Below, in pieces: positions 10,630 to 18,213 of a stretch of DNA of 64,000 nucleotides. The stretch is from contig OZ242358.1 in NCBI GenBank assembly GCA_965208835.1, forward strand, positions 4,224,001-4,288,000, read 5' to 3'. A model generated the notes under the pieces. The model did not search any database. It was not told where the DNA came from and saw only the letters and a program-made list of their open reading frames with translations. The stretch's first letter is position 1. Each line of letters starts with the position of its first letter. The stretch is from Candidatus Latescibacterota bacterium. Its GTDB lineage: Bacteria; Latescibacterota; UBA2968; GCA-2709665. The translations under genes were made by a program, and so were the position numbers.

Positions 10630-11315
10630 CGATGGACATTTCCTACTCGGTAAAAAGATCTTCTAAACGAACGAAAGTTACGATCACTATCGAGCGTGAC
10701 AGAAGCGTTGTTGTCCACGCTCCGAATCAGGCGTCCGACGAAGCAATAGCGCGGATAGTCGAAGCCAAACGGCAATGGATCTACGAAAAAACACGTCATA
10801 GCCAGAAATACACGAGCCTCCCTCATCCTCCCGGCAAAGAGCTCGTAAATGGTGAGTCTGCACTATACCTTGGTCGGAGTTATCGTATCGAAATCGTAAA
10901 CAAAGAAACGGAGTGTATCCGGTTTGACCAGCGCTTTCTGATACCTGCGTCGCGTGTGCCTGATAAGAACGGTGCCATGCGTGAGTGGTACATTGAGCGA
11001 GCAAAGAAAAAAATCCTCCCTCGCGTGGTGAAGCAGGCTCGGGAGCTTGGTGTTTCCTTTGGGCAGACGCGCATTGTTGATAATCGATATCGGTGGGGTT
11101 CATGCACAGTTCGTGACAACGTCAACCTGAACTGGCGGTTGATTAAGGCGCCGATCTTTGTCATCGATTACGTTATCGCCCATGAACTCGCCCACCTTTT
11201 GGAACCGAACCATACGTCGCGATTCTGGAACATAGTTAAGACACAAGCACCAACCATGAACAGAGCGCGTGACTGGCTACGAGAAAACGGCCAACTTCTC
11301 GAGGAAGAGGTTTAG
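10626..11315 (+). CDS. YgjP/DUF45 (M48/SprT-like) metal-dependent hydrolase
   Basis: RWGSC, NWRLIKAP, YVIAHELAHL..PNHTSRFW; usual position downstream of hsdR. Confidence 0.9.
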   Translation: MTMDISYSVKRSSKRTKVTITIERDRSVVVHAPNQASDEAIARIVEAKRQWIYEKTRHSQKYTSLPHPPGKELVNGESALYLGRSYRIEIVNKETECIRFDQRFLIPASRVPDKNGAMREWYIERAKKKILPRVVKQARELGVSFGQTRIVDNRYRWGSCTVRDNVNLNWRLIKAPIFVIDYVIAHELAHLLEPNHTSRFWNIVKTQAPTMNRARDWLRENGQLLEEEV

Positions 11316-11644
11316 CCGGCGGGTATTGTACGGTGTCCATGGTGAGAGTCCTGGGGGCAATAAGCATCACTTCGAACCTAATTTGAATTTCCAGCATCAG
11401 GCGACTGATACCGTCTGCGACCTATTTTGCGGGTCCGATTTCACGGTCACGCAGGAAGCAGAGCGCATTATAACGCTCTCACGGTAGTTGAGTGTTGTGA
11501 TACCAAACCACTGCCCCCGAGACCGAGATTTGCGAATCTGGGACAACGCTGGAAAGAATCGTGCTACATTTCGACCCCTTTGAACATTCTGTCAGGACGC
11601 ATTGATATCTATCTGCAACCCACCCTTTTTCGAACGGAGTACCC

Positions 11645-12562
11645 ATGGCTATTCCAGGCTTCCAATCCATAATGTTGCCTTTGCTGAAGCTCGCCCGTGA
11701 TGGTGAAACTCATAGACTCCGCGATGCTGCGACCATTCTTTCAGAATACTTCGAATTGACGGAAGATGAAATTAAGGAACTCTTGCGGAGTGGACGGCAA
11801 TCACGGTTTCAGAATCGAGTTGGCTGGGCGCGCACGTACCTTTCGAAGGCCGGCCTTCTGGAAACTCCAAAAAGGGGATCCTTTCGTATTACTTCGCGGG
11901 GACTGGATGTCCTAAGTCGGGACCCTGCGGAGATAGATATGAGATTCCTTGAACAATTCGAAGAGTACGTGAATTTCAAGCAGCGCCGTTCCACGCCCAG
12001 AAAGCCCGTAGCTCCAGGAGAGTTTGAGGAATCTCTGTCAACGGCCACGCCAGAAGAATCAATCGAGAATGCCTATTCTGAGTTGACGAAGGGGCTCGCA
12101 GATGAACTGTTGGACAAAGTCAAAAAGTCGCCACCGGAATTCTTCGAACAGCTTGTTGTAGATTTGCTCGTCAAAATGGGTTACGGCGGCTCCCGACAAG
12201 AAGCCGGACAGGCCATAGGCCGAGCCAGAGACGGAGGCATAGACGGGATAATTAAGGAGGACAGCCTTGGTCTGGATATTATCTATATTCAGGCGAAGCG
12301 ATGGGATTCTAACGTCAGTAGACCCGAGGTTCAGAAGTTCGCTGGGGCCCTACAGGGGCAGCGTTCGCGCAAGGGAGTTATAATCACAACCTCCCAATTC
12401 TCGAGTGATGCTACAGACTACGCGGCGAGTATAGATACTAAGATTATCTTAATCGATGGCGACGCCCTCGCCGAACTCATGATTGAACATAGTGTTGGCG
12501 TGACGACCGAGACCACATACGAATTGAAGAGAATTGACTTGGACTACTTTCCAGAGGAGTAG
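11645..12562 (+). CDS. mrr: Mrr restriction endonuclease (Type IV)
   Basis: Mrr_N (FQNRVGWARTYLSKAGLL) plus Mrr_cat (FFEQLVVDLLVKMGYG, DGGIDGII, YIQAKRW). Confidence 0.95.
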   Translation: MAIPGFQSIMLPLLKLARDGETHRLRDAATILSEYFELTEDEIKELLRSGRQSRFQNRVGWARTYLSKAGLLETPKRGSFRITSRGLDVLSRDPAEIDMRFLEQFEEYVNFKQRRSTPRKPVAPGEFEESLSTATPEESIENAYSELTKGLADELLDKVKKSPPEFFEQLVVDLLVKMGYGGSRQEAGQAIGRARDGGIDGIIKEDSLGLDIIYIQAKRWDSNVSRPEVQKFAGALQGQRSRKGVIITTSQFSSDATDYAASIDTKIILIDGDALAELMIEHSVGVTTETTYELKRIDLDYFPEE

Positions 12563-12604
12563 GTGTCTATTCAAATGGGCATAAAGTCCCGAGGAAGGCG
12601 GTGA

Positions 12605-13172
12605 GTAACAATTGAATCGAAGAACAGTAGTCCGGATGTGAAATGGAACGCGGAAGACATGATGGACATCGTGCGGTCGTTGCAGCGTGTTGTGTAGGAC
12701 ACCGAACGAGGTTCGAAGCAGTCTTTGGAATCGGATCTGCTCCTTTTCAAAAGACAACTACTGGCGGGTGCAATCCTGTTGTCGTTGGCGGCGGAAATCG
12801 CACTGAAGGCGCTGCTTTGCTGGGAAAGGAACGAAGTCCCTGTCAGAACTCATGACTTGCTGAATTTGCACCTGTCCCTGAGTGAGAACACACAAGAATT
12901 AGCTGGAAGCGAGAATGCGAAAGGTGAGCCCGTACTCGATAAGGGCCGACCAGCCAAGTATGCGAAATCTTAATTCAGATGTACAGGAGTTGTTTCACGC
13001 AAAGATGTATCCTCTGCGCGACGTCTTTTGTTCTCACCGTGACTCGCACACGCACTATCGGTACCTCTACGAGAAACACGAAGGCCGTTTCGAAACTGGT
13101 GAAATCAATCACGCACTAAACGTGATCATTGACGTCTACTACGAGAGACGACGTAATTCGGCGCCGATATGA
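12605..13172 (+). pseudogene. Disrupted HEPN-domain protein
   Basis: LSLAAEIALKALL...RTHDLLNL followed, in another frame, by HRDSHTHYRYLYE; in-frame TAG at 12695-12697 and a frameshift near 12.91-12.97 kb. Confidence 0.6.
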
Positions 13173-13344
13173 TAATGTGCTGGCCGCCGCCAACGGTTGA
13201 TCTGATACCAGCCGCGGTTTTGTCGTCTCCCATTCTGTATCCAACCAACCATCACGCATATTCAGTCTATGCCGCTCATCCTGAGACTCCGAAAAATGAT
13301 CCTATCGGGGTCTCTTTCAATTCCAGTGACGAAGTCAGATACAT

Positions 13345-13740
13345 CTCTGGAGCTTTGCCGCGAACACGACGTGGCAGAGCCGCTGATCTGGGTCATTGCG
13401 TCATGGGTAATGACATCGTTCCACAGGCCAACCTCAGAATTGGGAACCCGCACAGGGCTAAAGCAAGAGTAAGGCAAGAGTGGGGCAAGAGTCAAGGCAC
13501 TAGGTCGGCACTAAGTCGGCACCAGGTCGAAATCCTCCGTAACTGCCTGACAGAAAAGGCGATACGGACATTAATGACGTCAGTCAGCAGAACGGACCGA
13601 ACCAGGTCCTGAAACTCCTGTTGAAAGCCGGATGGCTGGCAATGACCTTTCCAAACAAACCGAACAGCAGCAAGCAGAAATACCGGCTGACGGACAAAGG
13701 GCGGAAGCTTATGGCGGAGTTGGGAGAGGTCGACGGTTGA
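13345..13740 (+). pseudogene. 3' remnant of an ATP-binding transcriptional regulator / Fic-type C-terminal HTH protein
   Basis: ELCREHDVAEPLI...FHRP, GTRSALSRHQVEILRNC...RTDRT, then frameshifted QVLKLLLKAGWLAMTFPNKPNSSKQKYRLTDKG, matching the IEMTIPDKPxSxxQKYRLT motif; 5' part absent. Confidence 0.65.
13463..13528 (+). repeat. Two adjacent 3 x 11-bp tandem arrays (GCAAGAGTnnn; GGCACyArGTC)
   Basis: gcaagagtaag/gcaagagtggg/gcaagagtcaa, then ggcactaggtc/ggcactaagtc/ggcaccaggtc. Confidence 0.75.
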
Positions 13741-13774
13741 AGAAAGCGCATGGAGAGAGAAGCTGGTCGAAGAA

Positions 13775-13969
13775 ATGGTGGCGTATCACATCGAATTCGA
13801 TGGGCGGCACTTCCTGATCGAAAACGTCCCCGCTCAAGTCAACGTCGAGGCAGGCGAGAAGCACTTCTCACCGGAGACTGTCGAGCGCTTGCAGCGAGTG
13901 GTATCGGAGCGATGCCGTCCCGCTCGAACCATTGAGACACGGGTTTATGAGTATGGATCCCTCGCCTGA
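13775..13969 (+). CDS. YgiT-type (MqsA-like) small protein, Cys-less, probable orphan antitoxin
   Basis: YHIEFDGRHFLIENVPAQVNVEAGEKHFSPETVERLQ...IETRVYEY; start uncertain. Confidence 0.7.
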   Translation: MVAYHIEFDGRHFLIENVPAQVNVEAGEKHFSPETVERLQRVVSERCRPARTIETRVYEYGSLA

Positions 13970-14040
13970 AGGTTCCGGCGATCGACGGGAAAAGCGGCTC
14001 GTCGGCTCTATTTTCGGAAAATAATGAAGAGGAGAGCTTT

Positions 14041-14661
14041 ATGTACAGGGTCGTGTTTTTCTCAGTACCACTCGCCATTGCTATGTTGGCAAGTCCTGGG
14101 TCGGCATTTGAATCAGCTCTATTTCCCGGAGAAGGTCCTATCAGAATCAGGGCTTCCGGAGATGAGATGGTTTTACGAAAAGCGCCTATGGCTCATGCTG
14201 GCATTGCAGATACGATTCGGCTTGTGAAAGGCGAGATAATCAATTGGAGTAATGCTCGATTTAGGACGGTTGTACCGGGTCTTTTAATTGTGAGTGAGGA
14301 TTGTTCAATTGATGGTAGTCGATACGGTCCGGTCTTCTATCTGTCAAGGACGGATTACTACAGATTTAGCGGCAAGTGGGAGACCTTCAGGTTTTCGAAG
14401 AGAGATACAATCGAATATCTCCAGTATCGTGCGGAGGGTTCCGCATTCCTGAGAATGAATGGTATCGTGATATCAGCCGAATTACTATCTCCAAAATCTG
14501 CGGCGCTAAGAGAAATCCGGAGTCCCCAACTTGAACTTTGGATCGAGGTAGAAGATAGGGATGGTAAGCCGGTTGGTTGGTTTCGGTTGAAGGACGACTT
14601 TGTTCATCGGCAGACACGAGCTATAATGTTCCCAAGCCCCGAATTTCTGCATTCTCAATGA
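14041..14661 (+). CDS. Hypothetical exported protein
   Basis: GAGGAG RBS; hydrophobic N-terminal signal peptide; lower GC than neighbours; no family recognised. Confidence 0.65.
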   Translation: MYRVVFFSVPLAIAMLASPGSAFESALFPGEGPIRIRASGDEMVLRKAPMAHAGIADTIRLVKGEIINWSNARFRTVVPGLLIVSEDCSIDGSRYGPVFYLSRTDYYRFSGKWETFRFSKRDTIEYLQYRAEGSAFLRMNGIVISAELLSPKSAALREIRSPQLELWIEVEDRDGKPVGWFRLKDDFVHRQTRAIMFPSPEFLHSQ

Positions 14662-14878
14662 AGAGGCCCTGACCATTCACGGTTTGTGCCACGGCCGGTG
14701 ATGGCAGGATCGGATCAACAAGATAGCGCGCGAGGTCTCGCACGCCAGGTGGAGAAGCAAGCAAGGGATTGCTGGAACTGTTGCTCAAATCGAGACTCCG
14801 GGACACGGTCATTTCGGGGTCTCTTGCAATTTCAGATGCAAAATGACTATCATACGTGACCTTGCTTGCATATGGTAA

Positions 14879-14976
14879 GGCATTGACACCCCCCACCGCA
14901 TCAGCCGTCGCCGGGCCCTTCGACAGGCTCAGGGACCGGCGTGGCTTCTGCGACTCCCCCTCAAGGGGGGAGTGAT
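14879..14976 (+). repeat. Composite REP-like element (CCCCCCACCGCATCAGCCGTC-CCCTTCGACAGGCTCAGGG-GGCTTCTGCGACTCCCCCTCAAGGGGGGAGT), copy 1
   Basis: Near-identical backbones at 17809-18166 and 61246-61357. Confidence 0.85.
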
Positions 14977-15127
14977 TGTGACGTGATTGTGCGACTGCCG
15001 GTATCGAATGCCTCCACCAGGTGGCTTGATCTCGGTTTGTCGCTGGTCGGCGCTTCCTCATACGAGAAGCGATATCGGCCACTTTGGCGGCGAGCTTGAC
15101 GCCGTAGTCAGGAAGAAAGGATAGCCC

Positions 15128-16270
15128 ATGGATATCGCGTGGATTCGCGGTCAGATACCGGGCCTGAAACACGGCGTTTACCTTAACACCGCTGGAATCG
15201 GTCTGTCGCCGGTCAGTGTGAACAAGGCGGTCGCCGAGGGCTATCAGCAGTTGCGCAGCGGCAGTGTCAGTACGAGCGACTGGTACGCCGCAATGAGAGA
15301 GGCCGAGGACGAATTGCCGGCCAAAATCGCCGGCTTCTTCGGAGCCGATGCAGGGGAAATCGCGCTGACGATGAGCACCGGCGAAGGTTACGGTATGGTG
15401 CTCGGCGGGCTGCGGTGGCAACCGGGAGACGAGGTTCTCATAACCAATGAGGAACATCCGGTACCCCTTCAGGCCGCCCAGGGTCTGGCGGACCGTGAAG
15501 GGGCGATCGTCAAAGTGGTCGAACTCGACCACGATAAAGACCTTTTTCTGCGCCGGGTGGAGCAAACGATCACCCCGCGTACCCGGCTGATCTGTTTCAG
15601 CCATGTCACGACGGATTGGGGGACCCGGTTGCCCGCCCGCGAGATCTGCGGGCTGGCACGGGCCCGCGGCATTTTCACGCTTTGGGATGGCTGTCAGGCC
15701 GTCGGGCAGTTTCCGGTGAACCTGCATGAAATAGGCTGCGACTTCTACGCCACCAACGGCTACAAATGGTTGGTCTCGCCGATGGGTACTGGCTTTCTCT
15801 ATGTGAGGAAAGGCGCGCAGCAATTCTTGAAGCCGCTGCGGCAACCGCACGCTCCCGATGGTACGGCCCGGCAGTACGAGACAGGAACGCGGGCGAGCGT
15901 GCTCTACCTGGGTCTCGGCGCGGGTCTCGATTTTTTGGCCGGCATCGGCGGGCCGCAGCCCATCGCCGCGGAGGCGGGACCAAAGGCGGAATCGCTTCGC
16001 GAACGCCTGGACGCCATTCCCGGTGTGCGGATCATCGGCTCACGCCGCGCCGAAACCCGGACCGCCATCGTCGCCTTCTCCATCGAGGGCATGGATGGGA
16101 ACGAAGTCTCTGACGCACTCCGGAACCGCTGGAAGATCGCCCAACGGGCGACCAACATCAACGAACCTACCGGTGTGCGGATTTCGGTGGCGTTCTACAC
16201 CAGCGACTCGGAGCTGGAAACGCTCGTTGAAGCGATCACGACACTGGCGGGCGAAAAAGGGAATCGGTAA
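15128..16270 (+). CDS. Aminotransferase class V-fold PLP enzyme (cysteine desulfurase / isopenicillin N epimerase-like)
   Basis: YLNTAG, EEHP, SHVTTDWG, DGCQAVG, DFYATNGYKWL..P.GTGFLYV, RISVAFY. Confidence 0.9.
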   Translation: MDIAWIRGQIPGLKHGVYLNTAGIGLSPVSVNKAVAEGYQQLRSGSVSTSDWYAAMREAEDELPAKIAGFFGADAGEIALTMSTGEGYGMVLGGLRWQPGDEVLITNEEHPVPLQAAQGLADREGAIVKVVELDHDKDLFLRRVEQTITPRTRLICFSHVTTDWGTRLPAREICGLARARGIFTLWDGCQAVGQFPVNLHEIGCDFYATNGYKWLVSPMGTGFLYVRKGAQQFLKPLRQPHAPDGTARQYETGTRASVLYLGLGAGLDFLAGIGGPQPIAAEAGPKAESLRERLDAIPGVRIIGSRRAETRTAIVAFSIEGMDGNEVSDALRNRWKIAQRATNINEPTGVRISVAFYTSDSELETLVEAITTLAGEKGNR

Positions 16271-16368
16271 CAGGAGAAACGCCGATTGCTTTCGCCGTTA
16301 CGGTAAACGAGGTTATGCCGGCACGCCGCGGCGTGGTCGGCCGGAAGCGACGTTGACAGACACTCTTC

Positions 16369-16397
16369 TTGACGTTCGCGTCCCGATCCTGTATATT
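16369..16397 (+). promoter_or_regulatory. Putative sigma70 promoter of DUF4143 gene
   Basis: TTGACG-17 nt-TATATT. Confidence 0.55.
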
Positions 16398-16411
16398 TCC
16401 ACCTCGCAGGC

Positions 16412-16474
16412 ATTCGACAATTGGACGCTCTCTTAACCAGCAATTGGACGCCAATGAATCCGACAAATGGACGC
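16412..16474 (+). repeat. 3 x 23-bp array (core CGACAAwTGGACGC), left copy; third unit supplies the ATG
   Basis: CAAwTGGACGC at 16418, 16441, 16464. Confidence 0.9.
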
Positions 16475-17714
16475 TAGCCGTTCCCTGTTTCCCCGCTCAC
16501 TGGAACCCGTCATCCGGGAGGCACTGGCCGACACGCCGGTGGTCTGTGTGCTTGGACCTCGGCAGTGCGGGAAAACGACGCTCGTGCGGCAACTCGCGCC
16601 CGACCGCGCATACGTCAGCCTGGACGAGCACAACTACCGTCAGACCGCCCTGGCGGATCCTGCAGGTTTCGTCGCCAGCCTGCCGGATGCGGTGACGCTT
16701 GACGAGGTGCAACGGGCGCCGGCGATTCTCCCGTCCATCAAGCACGCCGTGGACCAGGACCGACGTCCCGGTCGATTCGTGCTGACCGGCTCGGCCAATC
16801 TGTTGATGGTACCGACCGTAACTGAATCCCTTGCCGGACGGATGGAAATCGCGCAGTTGCATCCATTGACGGAATCCGAAAAAGCGCGCGCGCCAGGCCG
16901 CTTCCTCAGCGACCTGTTGAACGGCACGATCGAGCCGGGAATCAGGCAGGAGGCGACGCCCGAAGCGCAGTCACTGCCTGACCGACTGGTCGCCGGCGGA
17001 TACCCCGAACCGCTGACGCGCACGCCCGTGCGCTCCCGGCAATGGCACAGGCAGTATCTGCGTAGCATCATCGATCGGGACGTGCAGGACGTGGCGCGGT
17101 TGAGAGATGCGCACGAATTGTCCCGCCTGTTGGAGCTGTTGGCCCTTCGCAGCGCCGGACTGTTGAACACCAGCAATCTGGCCGATACCCTCGGCCTGCA
17201 CCGGTCGACGGTCAATCACTACATCGCGGTGCTCGAGCGGCTCTTTCTGGTGCGACGCCTTCCCGCGTGGCATCGGAACCCGGCCAAACGGCTCATCAGA
17301 TCACCCAAGATCCATTTCCTCGATACCGGGCTGGCCGCAACCCTCGCCGACCTGACCGCGTACGACTGGCTCGGCAGGAGGGACCGCATGGGACATCTGT
17401 TGGAGTCCTTCGTGGTGCAGCAACTCATTGCCCAGGCCACATGGACGGAACCGGATTTGCGTTTCTGGCATTATAGAGACAAGGATCGGGTGGAAGTCGA
17501 TATCGTCATTACCCGGGGTCAGAAAACCTGGGGCATTGAAGTCAAAGCCGCCCGTACGCTCGCCCCTGGAGACGGGAAGGGGCTTGTGCGGCTCGCGGAT
17601 CGCTGCGGCGAGGATTTCGAGTCCGGCGTGCTGCTTTACGCGGGCCGCGATCGTCTCCCGCTTGCGGACAAGCGCATGCTCGCGGTGCCGCTGTGCGAAT
17701 TGTGGGAGCGATAG
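16467..17714 (+). CDS. AAA_14 ATPase + DUF4143 (wHTH / PD-(D/E)XK-like) protein
   Basis: LGPRQCGKTT, LDEVQR, LTGSA, ESLAGR, GGYPE, PKIHFLDTGLA, ESFV, EVDIV...GIEVKA. Confidence 0.92.
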   Translation: MDASRSLFPRSLEPVIREALADTPVVCVLGPRQCGKTTLVRQLAPDRAYVSLDEHNYRQTALADPAGFVASLPDAVTLDEVQRAPAILPSIKHAVDQDRRPGRFVLTGSANLLMVPTVTESLAGRMEIAQLHPLTESEKARAPGRFLSDLLNGTIEPGIRQEATPEAQSLPDRLVAGGYPEPLTRTPVRSRQWHRQYLRSIIDRDVQDVARLRDAHELSRLLELLALRSAGLLNTSNLADTLGLHRSTVNHYIAVLERLFLVRRLPAWHRNPAKRLIRSPKIHFLDTGLAATLADLTAYDWLGRRDRMGHLLESFVVQQLIAQATWTEPDLRFWHYRDKDRVEVDIVITRGQKTWGIEVKAARTLAPGDGKGLVRLADRCGEDFESGVLLYAGRDRLPLADKRMLAVPLCELWER

Positions 17715-17733
17715 GGACAGGCCAAGCGTATCT

Positions 17734-17796
17734 ATTCGACAAATGGACGCATAGTTAATCGACAATTGGACGCTAATGAAATCGACAATTGGACGC
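17734..17796 (+). repeat. 3 x 23-bp array, right copy (direct repeat of 16412-16474)
   Basis: CAAwTGGACGC at 17740, 17763, 17786; 51/63 nt identical to the left array by manual alignment. Confidence 0.9.
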
Positions 17797-17808
17797 ACAT
17801 TCGAAAAT

Positions 17809-18166
17809 GGCATTGACACCCCCCACCGCATCAGCCGTCACCGGGCCCTTCGACCCTTCGACAGGCTCAGGGACCGCAAGCTCAGGGCAGCGCCTTCGAC
17901 ATTTGGACAAGCTCAATGCAAGCAAGCTCAGGGACCGGCACTGGGCAAGTTATGGGTCTCCCAATACCGGTTTAAAGACGTCCATTGAACCAAAAAACGC
18001 GTGGTCATTGAGCTTGTCGAAATGCCCGCTATTCAACAGCCCTTCGACAAGCTCAGGGCGGCGCCTTCGACCCTTCGCCGGGCCCTTCGACATTTCGACA
18101 GGCTCAATGCAAGCAGGCTCAGGGACCGGCTCGGCTTCTGCGACTCCCCCTCAAGGGGGGAGTAAT
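17809..18166 (+). repeat. Expanded composite REP cluster with nested 23-nt units, copy 2
   Basis: Several CTTCGACArGCTCAGGG and CATTTCGACAGGCTCAATG units, one inverted near 18006-18024. Confidence 0.85.
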
Positions 18167-18213
18167 GGTGGAAGGGCTATTCCATTCAGGCCCCTTCAGC
18201 AGTTGATTCTCTA

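Noticed and set aside
12695-12697. In-frame TAG as programmed readthrough or pyrrolysine
   Set aside because: The same ORF also has a frameshift, and TAG is used as a normal stop throughout the window.
16412-17796. 23-bp arrays as mini-CRISPR
   Set aside because: Variable parts are only ~9 nt and are conserved between the two arrays; no cas genes.
17809-18166. REP cluster as CRISPR array, or ORF 17789-18214 as a real gene
   Set aside because: Spacing is irregular, and nested and inverted units are present; the ORF is just translated repeat (PFDPSTGSG).
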